Assembly (NCBI GenBank): GCA_006227105.1
Contig: SBFR01000200.1
Span: forward strand, 1-54,843
Length of the DNA: 54,843 nucleotides
Direction of reading: 5' to 3'
DNA from: Bacteroidota bacterium
GTDB lineage: Bacteria > Bacteroidota > Bacteroidia > Flavobacteriales_D > Crocinitomicaceae
In this document: positions 19,050 to 28,940 of the stretch, one piece after another
How the letters are laid out: each line of letters starts with the position of its first letter
Numbering within the stretch: the first letter of the stretch is position 1
Program-made: the position numbers and the translations under genes
The notes under the pieces: generated by a model
Databases searched by the model: none
What the model saw: only the letters and a program-made list of their open reading frames with translations
Told to the model about the DNA's origin: nothing

Positions 19050-19057
19050 TAAGTTTG
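19050..19057 (+). promoter_or_regulatory. -7 promoter box TAAGTTTG, 16 nt upstream of the ATG at 19074
   Basis: Exact TAnnTTTG match. Confidence 0.55.
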
Positions 19058-19073
19058 ACAAAATCATATTAAA

Positions 19074-19817
19074 ATGAAAAAGACGATTATTATACCTGTT
19101 GTTGCATTTGCTACACTAGGACTAGTTGCTTGTGATGTACTTGACCAGGCGGCACAAACTGTTCTGACAACACCTACTAATACAAAACCTTCATTGACGA
19201 ACGATGAAGTAATATCCGGTTTAAAAGAAGCACTAAGTGTGGGAATTAAAAATTCGGTTGATCTAACTTCAGTAACTGATGGATTCTGGGGAAACAGCGA
19301 AATCAAACTTCCTTTCCCTGAGGATGCAATCAAAGTAAGACAAAAAGCAATGGACTGGGGACTTGACAGCCAGGTTGAAAAGTTTGAAGTTACATTGAAT
19401 CGTGCAGCAGAGGAAGCAACAAAAGAAGCTCTTCCAATATTTGGCGATGCCATAAAGAATATGTCTATTTCTGATGGATTCTCGATTCTTAACGGTGGTG
19501 ATGGAGCTGCAACAAAGTTTTTGAAGGATAATACTACAAGTAAATTAGTTGAGGCCTTCGCTCCAAAAGTTGAAGCTGCTATCTCGAAAGTAAAACTCAC
19601 GGAATACTGGAACCCTATCATTACTAAGTATAACAACGCAATGACTATTACCGGAGGTGAAAAATTGAATCCTGACTTGAATAAATATGTCACTGAAAGA
19701 GCTATTTCAGGTTTGTTTATCATGGTTGAGAAGGAAGAAAACAAAATTCGAAAAGATCCTATGGCAAGAGTTTCTGATTTACTGCAAAAAGTATTCGGAA
19801 GCGTTACTGGAAACTAA
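19074..19817 (+). CDS. DUF4197-family lipoprotein
   Basis: Lipobox (LGLVAC), then LTNDEVISGLKEALSVGIKNSV...GFWGNSEIKLPFPE...FLKDNT..., which matches my memory of DUF4197 proteins. Confidence 0.6.
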   Translation: MKKTIIIPVVAFATLGLVACDVLDQAAQTVLTTPTNTKPSLTNDEVISGLKEALSVGIKNSVDLTSVTDGFWGNSEIKLPFPEDAIKVRQKAMDWGLDSQVEKFEVTLNRAAEEATKEALPIFGDAIKNMSISDGFSILNGGDGAATKFLKDNTTSKLVEAFAPKVEAAISKVKLTEYWNPIITKYNNAMTITGGEKLNPDLNKYVTERAISGLFIMVEKEENKIRKDPMARVSDLLQKVFGSVTGN

Positions 19818-19835
19818 TTCCCTAAACCCCAATAG

Positions 19836-19869
19836 AAATGCCGTGTTTTACGCGGCATTTTTTATTTTT
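19836..19869 (+). terminator. Intrinsic terminator
   Basis: Stem AAATGCCGTG / CGCGGCATTT (one G-U pair), loop TTTTA, followed by TTTTATTTTT. Confidence 0.75.
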
Positions 19870-19874
19870 ACCGT

Positions 19875-20738
19875 ATGAAGTATTTCCCAAAATCTGAATT
19901 GGTACTGAACAGCTCTAATGAAGTATATCATCTAGGACTGAAACCAGAGAATATTTCAAACAAGATCATTTTAGTTGGTGATCAAGAAAGGGTCGGATTG
20001 GTAAGCTCTTTTTTTGATGAGATCACTCATCGTTCTCAACACAGAGAATTCAATTGTCATACAGGAATGTATAACTCAAAAAGAATCTCTGTACTATCTA
20101 CTGGAATTGGCACCGATAATATTGATATTACCATCAATGAAATAGATGCCCTCTTGAACATCGATCTTGATACAAGGACCGAGAAAGCACAAAAACAGTT
20201 CGCTGAGTTTATTCGAATTGGAACGTGTGGAATTCTTCAGGAAGATATTCCATTGCACTCTTATATATTGTCATCTCATGCTCTTGGTCTTGACAATATT
20301 GCTTATTTCTATGATATAGACTTGTCCCATAATTCAAGTTTACTAGAAGAAATCACTTCTTCTATCGAATTTCCAGATTCTGTCATTCCCTATCTTGTGG
20401 AGTCATCACTTGACTTGACGGAAAAATTAAATTCAGAAAAAGTTCACCAAGGAATAACCATTACCTCTTCTGGCTTTTACGGACCACAAGGAAGGCAACT
20501 ACGACTTAAGACCAAAACAGAGGAACTCAATGAGCAATTAACTGCTTTTAAAAGCGATAAGCTAAGAATAACCAATTTTGAAATGGAGAGCTCAGCCTTA
20601 TTTGCGCTTTCTCATGCACTTGGACATAAGGCAACAACAATTTGTCTTGGGATAGCCAATAGACCTTTAATGCATTTTTCAGAAGGATATCACGACGAAA
20701 TGTTGAAAATGATCGAGTATACTCTTGACAGGATCTAA
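19875..20738 (+). CDS. Nucleoside phosphorylase (PNP/UDP family, uridine-phosphorylase-like)
   Basis: YHLGL...ILVGDQERV..., STGIGTDNIDI, RIGTCG and NFEMESSALF are characteristic of PNP_UDP_1 family members. Confidence 0.75.
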   Translation: MKYFPKSELVLNSSNEVYHLGLKPENISNKIILVGDQERVGLVSSFFDEITHRSQHREFNCHTGMYNSKRISVLSTGIGTDNIDITINEIDALLNIDLDTRTEKAQKQFAEFIRIGTCGILQEDIPLHSYILSSHALGLDNIAYFYDIDLSHNSSLLEEITSSIEFPDSVIPYLVESSLDLTEKLNSEKVHQGITITSSGFYGPQGRQLRLKTKTEELNEQLTAFKSDKLRITNFEMESSALFALSHALGHKATTICLGIANRPLMHFSEGYHDEMLKMIEYTLDRI

Positions 20739-21208
20739 TTCGATACAGGTCGATAAATTTTAATACTCCCTTTGATCATTTCACTTGTTCGAAAAATGGA
20801 TCTTCCTACCTTCTTACCAAATTGCCCGGTATTCTGATGTAAGATCACAAAATCACCTTCACCTTTTACTTCAGCGATAATTGCAGTATGGTGGGTCATA
20901 ATTTCGTTAAACGTCTGACCATTTCTTTCATACTTTAGTTTAACATTCTTGAACTGCACAATATCTCCAGGCATCACACAAGCGCTCTTAGAAAGTTCCT
21001 CACCATAATTATAAAGTCCATCCCATTTACAGTTGTTTTCATCCAATACCAGCTTCGCCAGATCCCAGCATTCACCCCTCAGGACTTTTTTACCCACTTT
21101 TTGTTCTGCCAACGCTACGATCTTTGCATTCAGTTCATTTACTGAATCGCATTGAGAAAATGCATAGTTACCAATGAGAAATGTTAAAAGAAGAAAAATT
21201 CTGCTCAT
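20735..21208 (-). CDS. Small secreted CHAP/NlpC-P60-like (papain-fold) protein
   Basis: Signal peptide. Candidate catalytic Cys in RGECWDLAK, and a His in GDIVQF...THHTAIIAEV. This is the order and spacing typical of CHAP-type amidases. The assignment rests on motifs only. Confidence 0.4.
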   Translation of the reverse strand: MSRIFLLLTFLIGNYAFSQCDSVNELNAKIVALAEQKVGKKVLRGECWDLAKLVLDENNCKWDGLYNYGEELSKSACVMPGDIVQFKNVKLKYERNGQTFNEIMTHHTAIIAEVKGEGDFVILHQNTGQFGKKVGRSIFRTSEMIKGSIKIYRPVSN

Positions 21209-21237
21209 GACGATATAACGCAGTAATGATTCTGAAA

Positions 21238-21936
21238 TTACAGTTTAACCTGATCTAAAATCCTAAGTATTTTGTTACGATCCACTTTTAGAAGCGATTC
21301 TGAAAACAAAGACTCTTCATCAAGAACACTCTTTACGGTACCAGAAAAATGAATAGCATCGGGCTTGATCTCATCAAAGATCTTTTTAATATTGGATGCA
21401 TTCACTCCACCGCCTGCCATGATCTCAATACGTCCATTGGCATAGGAATTCAATTGTTTCAATATTGGCATTCCGATCTCAACAGAACTCGCCATACCTG
21501 ACGTCAACACTCGATCTATACCACCTTCTATCAATATATCGATGGATCTTTTCCATTCTAGTGAATCATCAAAAGCACGATGGAACGTAATTTTAAGATC
21601 TCCAGCGGATCCTTTGATCATTTGAAGCAATTCCTTGTCGATCTCTCCAAATTCTGTTAATCCACCAATTACAACCCCTTTCACTCCTAACCTTCTACAC
21701 TCCTCAACATCGGCGATAATAATCTTTTTTTCTTCTGCTGAATAAGAAAAACCCCCGGCCCTTGGTCGAATTAGAACGTGAGTCTCAATTCCTTTGTCAA
21801 TAGCATATCGAATCAATCCGTAGGAAGGTGTTAATCCACCTTGCTCAAGACTCTGGCATAGTTCGATCCTATCGAAATTCAAATCTGTTGCAATATCTAT
21901 TGCTTCAGCGGATGCAGCACACAATTCAAACTTCAT
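21238..21936 (-). CDS. cutC: CutC-family protein (annotated 'copper homeostasis'; TIM barrel of uncertain function)
   Basis: MKFELCAASAEAIDIA...DRIELCQSLEQGGLTPSYG...VLIRPRAGGF.YS...FHRAFD...ILTSG is the CutC signature. The start overlaps the GH20 stop by 4 nt. Confidence 0.85.
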   Translation of the reverse strand: MKFELCAASAEAIDIATDLNFDRIELCQSLEQGGLTPSYGLIRYAIDKGIETHVLIRPRAGGFSYSAEEKKIIIADVEECRRLGVKGVVIGGLTEFGEIDKELLQMIKGSAGDLKITFHRAFDDSLEWKRSIDILIEGGIDRVLTSGMASSVEIGMPILKQLNSYANGRIEIMAGGGVNASNIKKIFDEIKPDAIHFSGTVKSVLDEESLFSESLLKVDRNKILRILDQVKL

Positions 21937-24230
21937 AATCGATGAATAATACGAATTTCATCCAGGAACGTCCATGGAATATTGTTAGCACCCGGTTTAC
22001 CACCCTCAATTCTCTCTTTCGGTTGAACGACAATCTTTACATAACGAACCTTTTTTACGTTCGTCAATAATTCCGAAGTAAAACCAGCTTTTCCCGAAGA
22101 TTTTGAAAAGACAGAAGAGGTCGATTTTACGGGTTTCCATTTCTTATTATTTTTCGAGACCTCAACCGAGAAATTCTGTGGAAGATGAATCCAAGAACCT
22201 TCATCCTCAAGGGCGCTTATTTGGACTTTTTCAACCACGGACTTCGTTCCAAGGTCGTATACATAGATCAATCGTTCTGATTGTCTATACCCTACCCATT
22301 CATATCCTTTCCATGGCTCTGCTCCAAAAACACCATCCGTAAGAGAGATTTCATTTCCCGGATATTGAGTACTTGGAGTAGTTTGTTGAAATGGTTTTAT
22401 TCCGATCATCGAATGATTGGACCAATGGTAGATAATTGGCTGCGTTAATAGATCACTGGATAACTTAAATGTGTATTCGTGAATATCCGAACCTTTCAGT
22501 CGCTCAAAGTAGAGAGTATCCTTCTTTTCAACGACCATGCCTCCTTTTAGCGCTTTCGCAGGATCAGTCGTCGTTACATAGAGATCATATCTGTATTCTC
22601 CCTCTCCTTTAAAATGAATTTTTAGACCGTTTTCAGCTTCAAAGATCTGCATGACCGGGTAGAACAAAGCTTCCGAATAATGTACTCCCTTTGATTTCAA
22701 AAATGGTAAATGATGATTGATCAATACCTCTTTAAAAAATTCATATGAAGGCTTTTTCGTACACCAAAGAGCTTGTGAGAGTGCAATTGCCCGAGGGTAC
22801 GTCATGTATTCCAAATGAGAAAAATCAGGAATATACTCCGTCCACAAATTCGCCTGACCACCAAGCACATAGGATGCTTCAGCGGGTGAAAAATCTTTAG
22901 GCGTAGGATCGAATGCGTACACTTTGTTCAATGGAGTATAGCCTCCTATCGCTACGGGTTCAGTTGACAAGGTGCTTTGATAATGATCAAAATAACAATG
23001 GGAACCAGGCGACATCACCACATAATGTCCTTGTTTTGCCGCTTCTATTCCCCCTTCAAAACCTCTCCAAGACATCACTGCAGCATTCGGAGACAACCCT
23101 CCTTCAAGAATTTCATCCCAACCGATCAATTTCCTTCCTTTTGCCGTCAAGTAGTCATCCATTCGATGGATAAAATAACTTTGAAGCTCATGCTCGTCCT
23201 TTAAGTCATTCTGAGCAATCACCTTTTGGCATTTGTCACACTCCCTCCATTTCGTCTTTGGAGCTTCATCTCCACCAATATGAATATACTCTGACGGAAA
23301 CAAATAAAGAACTTCATCCAATACATCTTGAAGAAAACGAATCGATTCTTCTTTCGAGCAATAGATATCATCAAAAATCCCCCATAATCCAGGTACATTC
23401 TGAGTTTCACCTGTACATGATAGTTCTGGATATGCAGCTAATGCCGCCCGACTATGTCCCGGCATTTCAATTTCCGGAACAATCGTTACGTATCTTTTTT
23501 TGGCATAGAGAACGATATCTTTGATCTCTTCCTGAGTATAATATCCACCGTATTTTTTCACCTCATATTCACGCGGTGATCGATTATAATGGCCAATAAC
23601 TGTACTATCTCTATATGCACCAACCGAAGTAAGCTTCGGGTATTTCTTGATTTCAATTCGCCATCCTTGATCATCAGTCAAATGCCAGTGAAACGTATTG
23701 AATTTGTAGTAGGACATCAGATCAATGTACCTCTTGACTTCCTCTACCGTGAAAAAATGGCGTGAAACATCGAGATGCAATCCTCGCCAATGATATTTTG
23801 GCTGATCACTCACGAAACACTTGATCAAATTAACCCCTTGTTCCTCTCGCGACATCAACTGGAAAAGACTATTGATCGCATAAAAACAACTGGCCTCACT
23901 GGAATAGCTGATCCTGATGTTTTCATCCACATTGATCGAATAAAAATCCTGTGGCACATTTTCCAACTTGTGAAATGATAATTTTTGCGACTTAGGAGTT
24001 ACCACCATTCGAAGTCCAAACTCCTCTGTTAGTCTTCTGGAAAGCATGGTTCGGATATTATCCGGAAGATCATTACTGTTCACAGAGATTTCTTCACCGA
24101 GAAAAATGGATCCCTTATTTTCCTGATAGATCGTTGGTGTCGGAAGAATTGGACATTGTGACAAAGAAATCGTCGTGCCGATCAAGATCAAGACCAGCAC
24201 AAGATATCCTTTCAAATAATTAAACTTCAT
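21933..24230 (-). CDS. GH20 beta-N-acetylhexosaminidase with a C-terminal discoidin (F5/8 type C)-like domain
   Basis: Signal peptide. Catalytic region RGLHLDVSRHF...FNTFHWHLTDDQGWRIEIKKYP...IHIGGDE. C-terminal ~150 aa ends ...IPWTFLDEIRI. Confidence 0.9.
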   Translation of the reverse strand: MKFNYLKGYLVLVLILIGTTISLSQCPILPTPTIYQENKGSIFLGEEISVNSNDLPDNIRTMLSRRLTEEFGLRMVVTPKSQKLSFHKLENVPQDFYSINVDENIRISYSSEASCFYAINSLFQLMSREEQGVNLIKCFVSDQPKYHWRGLHLDVSRHFFTVEEVKRYIDLMSYYKFNTFHWHLTDDQGWRIEIKKYPKLTSVGAYRDSTVIGHYNRSPREYEVKKYGGYYTQEEIKDIVLYAKKRYVTIVPEIEMPGHSRAALAAYPELSCTGETQNVPGLWGIFDDIYCSKEESIRFLQDVLDEVLYLFPSEYIHIGGDEAPKTKWRECDKCQKVIAQNDLKDEHELQSYFIHRMDDYLTAKGRKLIGWDEILEGGLSPNAAVMSWRGFEGGIEAAKQGHYVVMSPGSHCYFDHYQSTLSTEPVAIGGYTPLNKVYAFDPTPKDFSPAEASYVLGGQANLWTEYIPDFSHLEYMTYPRAIALSQALWCTKKPSYEFFKEVLINHHLPFLKSKGVHYSEALFYPVMQIFEAENGLKIHFKGEGEYRYDLYVTTTDPAKALKGGMVVEKKDTLYFERLKGSDIHEYTFKLSSDLLTQPIIYHWSNHSMIGIKPFQQTTPSTQYPGNEISLTDGVFGAEPWKGYEWVGYRQSERLIYVYDLGTKSVVEKVQISALEDEGSWIHLPQNFSVEVSKNNKKWKPVKSTSSVFSKSSGKAGFTSELLTNVKKVRYVKIVVQPKERIEGGKPGANNIPWTFLDEIRIIHRL

Positions 24231-24240
24231 TCAATGAAAG

Positions 24241-27200
24241 TTACATATTTCTTCGGTATTGTCCTCCAACTTCGAACAAAGCACTTGTTATCTGTCCTAA
24301 AGATGCATATTTACATGTTTCCATGAGTTCTTCAAACATGTTCCTGTTCTGAATTGCGGCTTCCTGAACTTTTTCAATTCCTTCTTTAGCCCTCTGAAGA
24401 TTAGCCTTATGCAAATTCTCAAGCATTGTAATCTGGTATTGCTTTTCTTCTTCTGTCGCTCTTATCACTTCCTTAGGAAGAATCGTAGGAGATCCTTTAG
24501 AGCTCAAGAAAGTATTCACACCAATGATCGGGAATTCACCTGTATGCTTAAGTGTCTCATAATACAATGATTCTTCCTGGATCTTCGAACGCTGATACAT
24601 GGTTTCCATCGCCCCAAGAACCCCACCTCGTTCCGTAATTCTGTCAAACTCAGTAAGGACTGCTTCCTCTACCAAATCCGTTAATTCTTCAATAATAAAC
24701 GATCCCTGAAGTGGATTTTCGTTCTTCGCCAATCCAAGCTCTCTGTTTATGATCAGCTGTATCGCCATCGCTCTTCTTACAGACTCCTCTGTAGGTGTCG
24801 TAATCGCTTCATCATATGCATTGGTATGCAATGAATTACAGTTATCATAGATCGCATAAAGCGCCTGAAGCGTTGTACGAATATCATTAAAATCAATTTC
24901 CTGAGCATGCAGAGATCTTCCTGAAGTCTGAATATGATACTTCAACATTTGAGCTCTTGCATTGGCTCCATACTTTTTAGAAAGAGCCTTTGCCCAGATC
25001 CTTCTTGCTACCCTACCAATTACTGCATATTCAGGGTCAATTCCGTTCGAGAAGAAGAATGATAAGTTTGGACCGAAATCGTTTATGTCCATTCCTCTAC
25101 TCAGGTAATACTCGACATATGTAAATCCATTTGCCAGTGTAAATGCCAGCTGAGTGATCGGATTTGCCCCTGCTTCAGCAATGTGATATCCTGAAATGGA
25201 AACCGAATAGAAATTGCGTACTTTCTTGTCGATAAAATACTCCTGGACATCTCCCATTAGACGAAGCGCAAATTCTGTAGAGAAAATACAAGTGTTTTGT
25301 GCCTGATCTTCTTTCAAAATATCTGCCTGAACTGTTCCTCTAACTTGAGTCAATGTTTCAGCCTTGATCTGCTCATAAACGTCCTTTGGAAGCACCTGGT
25401 CTCCTGTCACGCCCAGAAGCATCAGTCCTAATCCATCATTTCCTTCCGGAAGCTCTCCCTGATACTTAGGTCTTTCAACTCCTTTTTCTTTATATATAGC
25501 AGCAATTTTAGCCTCAACTTCTGCTTCAAGACCATTGGCTTTAATGTATTTTTCACAATTCTGATCGATCGCAGCATTCATGAAAAATCCTAAAAGCATA
25601 GGAGCCGGACCATTGATGGTCATTGACACCGAGGTTGCCGGATGAGAAAGATCAAATCCAGAGTATAATTTTTTGGCGTCATCCAGACAACAGATCGAAA
25701 CTCCTGAGTTCCCGATCTTTCCATAAATATCTGGTCTCAGATCCGGATCATTTCCATACAAAGTAACCGAGTCAAATGCGGTAGACAAACGTTTAGCCGG
25801 CATTCCAAGCGATACATAATGGAATCGCTTATTTGTTCTTTCTGGACCACCTTCTCCTGCAAACATCCTCGTCGGATCCTCTCCTTCTCTCTTGAAAGGG
25901 AACAATCCTGACGTATATGGAAATTCACCTGGAACATTCTCCTGAAGGCTCCAACGTAATATATCTCCCCATCCCTTGTATTTTGGTGTCGCTACCTTTG
26001 GGATATCCAAATGTGATAACGATTCAGTATGTGTCTGAAGTGACAGAATCTTGTCTCTTACTTTGAACTGGAATTCAGGAGCCTTGTAAAGAGCCACTTT
26101 TTCTTCCCATTTATTGAGGATCTCCCAGTTCTTTGGATCAAGCTCCAGCTTTTCCTTTTCCATTGCCTCCTGAAGTCCTTTGATCAAACGATCCTTATCC
26201 TCAAGAGTAGAGTTACTAATTGTGTTTATCGATGAATAAAGTCCAAATAGACGATCAGCAACTTCAACTTGTTTATCTACCCAATGATCGTAAGCCCTGT
26301 TGTTTTCAGAGATTTCAGACAAATACCTTGTCCTGTCCGGTGGAATGACAAAGATCTTTTCACTCATTTCTCTGGTGATCTCAAATGTAGATTCCAAAGG
26401 AGCAGATGTCTTTTCAACCACCTTATCCATGATCGCTTTGTAGAGCGAGTTCATTCCCGGATCGTTGAATTGAGAAGCGATGGTTCCAAACACAGGCATT
26501 TCATCCACGTTCTGATCCCAGAGATTGTGATTTCGCTGATATTGCTTGCGAACATCTCTCAAGGCATCAAGCGCTCCTCTTTTATCAAACTTATTCAGTG
26601 CGATGATATCTGCAAAGTCAAGCATATCGATCTTTTCCAACTGCGTAGCAGCACCGTATTCAGGCGTCATTACATACAGTGATGCATCTGAGTGGTCAAG
26701 AATTTCCGTATCAGACTGACCGATTCCAGAAGTTTCAAGAATGATCAGATCGTATTCTGCCACTTTTAAAATATTGATCGCCTCAGACACGTGCTTTGAT
26801 AATGCCAAATTGGATTGTCTGGTAGCCAATGAACGCATATATACACGCTCATTTCGAATCGAATTCATTCTGATCCTATCTCCTAGTAACGCACCTCCAG
26901 TCTTTCTTTTAGAAGGATCAACTGAAACTACTGCAATCATTTTCGTTGGAAAATCGATCAAAAATCGTCTTACCAATTCATCTACCAATGATGATTTTCC
27001 TGCACCACCAGTCCCTGTAATACCCAAAACAGGTACTTTAGAATCGGATGCCATTGCTCCAATCTCTTTCAATAAAGCGTCATTTTCTTCAGGGAAATTC
27101 TCAGCCGCAGAGATCAGATGAGCAATTGAAGGCACATGCTTTTCTTTTAAACGGTCCTTCTCATTGGTTAAACCAGTCCCAACAGGAAAATCACACCTTT

Positions 27201-27621
27201 GAACAAGATCATTGATCATCCCCTGAAGACCCATTGCCCTACCATCATCCGGATGATAAATTCTCGTTATACCGTATGCTTGTAATTCTTCAATTTCAGA
27301 AGGAAGAATTGTACCTCCTCCTCCTCCGAAGATCTTGATGTGTTCTGCTCCCTTCTCTTTCAAAAGGTCATACATGTATTTAAAATACTCTGTATGCCCA
27401 CCTTGATAAGATGTCATTGCAATCGCCTGAACATCCTCCTGGATCGCACAATTTACCACTTCTTCTACAGAACGATCGTGACCTAAATGGATCACCTCAC
27501 AGCCCGTCGACTGTATGATCCTTCTCATAATATTTATCGCTGCATCATGACCGTCAAACAATGAGGCCGCAGTTACTATTCTTACCTTATTAACTGGTTT
27601 GTAGACTTCTACTTTTTCCAT
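24241..27621 (-). CDS. icmF: Fused isobutyryl-CoA mutase (B12-binding domain + MeaB-like G-protein + mutase barrel)
   Basis: 1126 aa. N-terminus [15 protein letters not shown] (DxHxxG-type B12 motif). P-loop [14 protein letters not shown]-terminal methylmalonyl-CoA-mutase-like TIM barrel ([16 protein letters not shown]...). Confidence 0.9.
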   Translation of the reverse strand: MEKVEVYKPVNKVRIVTAASLFDGHDAAINIMRRIIQSTGCEVIHLGHDRSVEEVVNCAIQEDVQAIAMTSYQGGHTEYFKYMYDLLKEKGAEHIKIFGGGGGTILPSEIEELQAYGITRIYHPDDGRAMGLQGMINDLVQRCDFPVGTGLTNEKDRLKEKHVPSIAHLISAAENFPEENDALLKEIGAMASDSKVPVLGITGTGGAGKSSLVDELVRRFLIDFPTKMIAVVSVDPSKRKTGGALLGDRIRMNSIRNERVYMRSLATRQSNLALSKHVSEAINILKVAEYDLIILETSGIGQSDTEILDHSDASLYVMTPEYGAATQLEKIDMLDFADIIALNKFDKRGALDALRDVRKQYQRNHNLWDQNVDEMPVFGTIASQFNDPGMNSLYKAIMDKVVEKTSAPLESTFEITREMSEKIFVIPPDRTRYLSEISENNRAYDHWVDKQVEVADRLFGLYSSINTISNSTLEDKDRLIKGLQEAMEKEKLELDPKNWEILNKWEEKVALYKAPEFQFKVRDKILSLQTHTESLSHLDIPKVATPKYKGWGDILRWSLQENVPGEFPYTSGLFPFKREGEDPTRMFAGEGGPERTNKRFHYVSLGMPAKRLSTAFDSVTLYGNDPDLRPDIYGKIGNSGVSICCLDDAKKLYSGFDLSHPATSVSMTINGPAPMLLGFFMNAAIDQNCEKYIKANGLEAEVEAKIAAIYKEKGVERPKYQGELPEGNDGLGLMLLGVTGDQVLPKDVYEQIKAETLTQVRGTVQADILKEDQAQNTCIFSTEFALRLMGDVQEYFIDKKVRNFYSVSISGYHIAEAGANPITQLAFTLANGFTYVEYYLSRGMDINDFGPNLSFFFSNGIDPEYAVIGRVARRIWAKALSKKYGANARAQMLKYHIQTSGRSLHAQEIDFNDIRTTLQALYAIYDNCNSLHTNAYDEAITTPTEESVRRAMAIQLIINRELGLAKNENPLQGSFIIEELTDLVEEAVLTEFDRITERGGVLGAMETMYQRSKIQEESLYYETLKHTGEFPIIGVNTFLSSKGSPTILPKEVIRATEEEKQYQITMLENLHKANLQRAKEGIEKVQEAAIQNRNMFEELMETCKYASLGQITSALFEVGGQYRRNM

Positions 27622-27662
27622 GCTTGTTTCCTGAATTTCAAGGTCTGTAAAAATAGTAAAAT

Positions 27663-27682
27663 TTAGGGTATTCTAACCCTAA
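27663..27682 (-). other. Small hairpin upstream of icmF; possible secondary terminator or insulator
   Basis: TTAGGGT (27663-27669) pairs with ACCCTAA (27676-27682), with a 6-nt loop. On the minus strand it is followed by ATTTTACTATTTTTA. Confidence 0.3.
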
Positions 27683-27728
27683 TCTGTGATTCAAAAGTTC
27701 ATGTTTAAGAACTGAAAAATGGTTCCTT

Positions 27729-27759
27729 GAAAAACAGTTAGAGGGAGTTCCCTCCCTCT
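27729..27759 (-). terminator. Intrinsic terminator of the vWA-like gene
   Basis: Stem AGAGGGAG (27740-27747) / CTCCCTCT (27752-27759), loop TTCC. On the minus strand it is followed by AACTGTTTTT. Confidence 0.7.
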
Positions 27760-27768
27760 CACCTTGAC

Positions 27769-28893
27769 TCATTTCACCTGAACAAACTTTCCATTGTTCA
27801 TCATGAATTTCAGTTTACCAAATCGAATAACCTTGCCTTCTCCAATTTTAGCCACCTCTTCGAGGTCACTCTCAATGGTATGTACTGAACCTCCGGTTGC
27901 ATGAGCAATATCCAAATAAACGGTATTGAGTCGATCGGTTACTCCGCAGACAATGATCCTTACCGGAATTTTTTCTCTTTTTAAATAATCGAGAAGAGCC
28001 ATGTCACAAGGGCTTTCCCAGTTGTCTGCGATCATCACTACATTCATCTTATTTTCCGGAAACTTTTTAATCGCATAAAACACAGCTTCCAAATTATTTT
28101 CATAATGCCCACCTTTCTCCATCGCCACAAATGCCTGATCGATCACTTTTTTTGAATTGCCGGTTTCAATACTCCAAATTCCCGAAGTGTCTAATTCCCT
28201 TTTCTGATCATTACTTTTTTCATCGTCGTCATTAAAAAAGACAATTTGTTTGAAAGATTTGATTGCCTGGTTACTCTTTATCCAGAAGAGTAACTGAGCA
28301 GTATAAGGAGACATACTTCCTGTTACATCACAAACCACAAGCATGTTTTTCCAATCCTTTTTCCGATCCAACACCTTCAAAATTGTTGAATCCTGAGGCG
28401 CTACCTTCCCGTCCACGATATCATTGATCATTTGATTTTCATCCTGATAACTTGGCATCGGGCGGTAATAGATCGTAAGACCATGAAAATAATTCTGAAT
28501 TCCTCCTGTTTCAGAGACTCCAGTTTGCTTAAACAGTCGCCAGTTTACCATATTACTTTCAAAAGCTTCTGGAAATTGCATAAAAAGCTCAAGTATCCTC
28601 TTTCGGTTGAGCTCACTAAAATCCTCTCCTTTCGGATAATCTGAATAAACGAGATCAATTCCTGTAATGGTAAAACCAGCCAGCTTTTTCAGATCATTCA
28701 AGTTTAAGATCTCATGATCTCCAGGATGCATCTTCAGCTGAAGCGTATTGAAACCATTGATCTCAGGAGTATACTTGTATACTTCGACTGTATCCTTAAA
28801 TCTAATTCTCTCACGGATCGTGACAGAGCTTTGAGCTTGTGCCGATAAGGTCACCGTCAAAGTAAAAGCCAGGGTGAAATAAAGCGTTCTCAT
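27769..28893 (-). CDS. Secreted protein with a C-terminal vWA-like domain
   Basis: Signal peptide (TLSAQAQ). MIDAS-like LVVCDVTGSMSPY, followed by an alternating beta/alpha pattern (VVMIADNWE..., VRIIVCG). Confidence 0.5.
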   Translation of the reverse strand: MRTLYFTLAFTLTVTLSAQAQSSVTIRERIRFKDTVEVYKYTPEINGFNTLQLKMHPGDHEILNLNDLKKLAGFTITGIDLVYSDYPKGEDFSELNRKRILELFMQFPEAFESNMVNWRLFKQTGVSETGGIQNYFHGLTIYYRPMPSYQDENQMINDIVDGKVAPQDSTILKVLDRKKDWKNMLVVCDVTGSMSPYTAQLLFWIKSNQAIKSFKQIVFFNDDDEKSNDQKRELDTSGIWSIETGNSKKVIDQAFVAMEKGGHYENNLEAVFYAIKKFPENKMNVVMIADNWESPCDMALLDYLKREKIPVRIIVCGVTDRLNTVYLDIAHATGGSVHTIESDLEEVAKIGEGKVIRFGKLKFMMNNGKFVQVK

Positions 28894-28940
28894 ACCCTAA
28901 CAACTTATCAACCAAGAAAAAGTAACAGTCGATTAAAAAA

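Noticed and set aside
19064-19744. A 226-aa ORF on the minus strand that almost completely overlaps the 247-aa DUF4197 gene (19074-19817). It is by far the longest antisense ORF in the window.
   Set aside because: In this antisense frame, stops arise only where a sense codon ending in T or C precedes a TA-initial (Tyr) codon, or where a codon ending in T precedes a CA-initial (His/Gln) codon. The sense protein has only 3 Tyr, no His and a handful of Gln. I checked the individual sites (gaa-tac, aag-tat, aaa-tat, gac-cag, gca-caa, aga-caa, agc-cag) and none creates a stop. The translation is a Ser/Phe/Ala/Ile-rich shadow sequence. It begins with TTG and has no -7 box or terminator of its own. 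It is best explained as a compositional by-product. Only strand-specific Ribo-seq or proteomics would change that view.
26269-27121. Two consecutive antisense ORFs (137 and 126 aa) inside icmF, and similar ORFs of 98-138 aa inside the E1, LolA-like, PorV-like, BNR and ROK genes (13051-13347, 12199-12540, 39721-40137, 45032-45400, 46731-47045).
   Set aside because: All lie entirely within well-supported genes on the opposite strand. They have biased shadow-frame composition, no recognisable motifs and no promoter or terminator signals.
27663-27682. Telomere-like TTAGGG / CCCTAA sequence.
   Set aside because: It is a single inverted copy forming a 7-bp hairpin, not a tandem repeat. It most likely serves as a weak terminator or insulator structure.
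27622-27768. I looked for a cobalamin riboswitch in the leader of the B12-dependent icmF gene.
   Set aside because: The 147-nt spacer is too short. It lacks a B12-box-like element on the minus strand. It is largely occupied by the upstream gene's terminator (27729-27759) and a small TTAGGGT/ACCCTAA hairpin.
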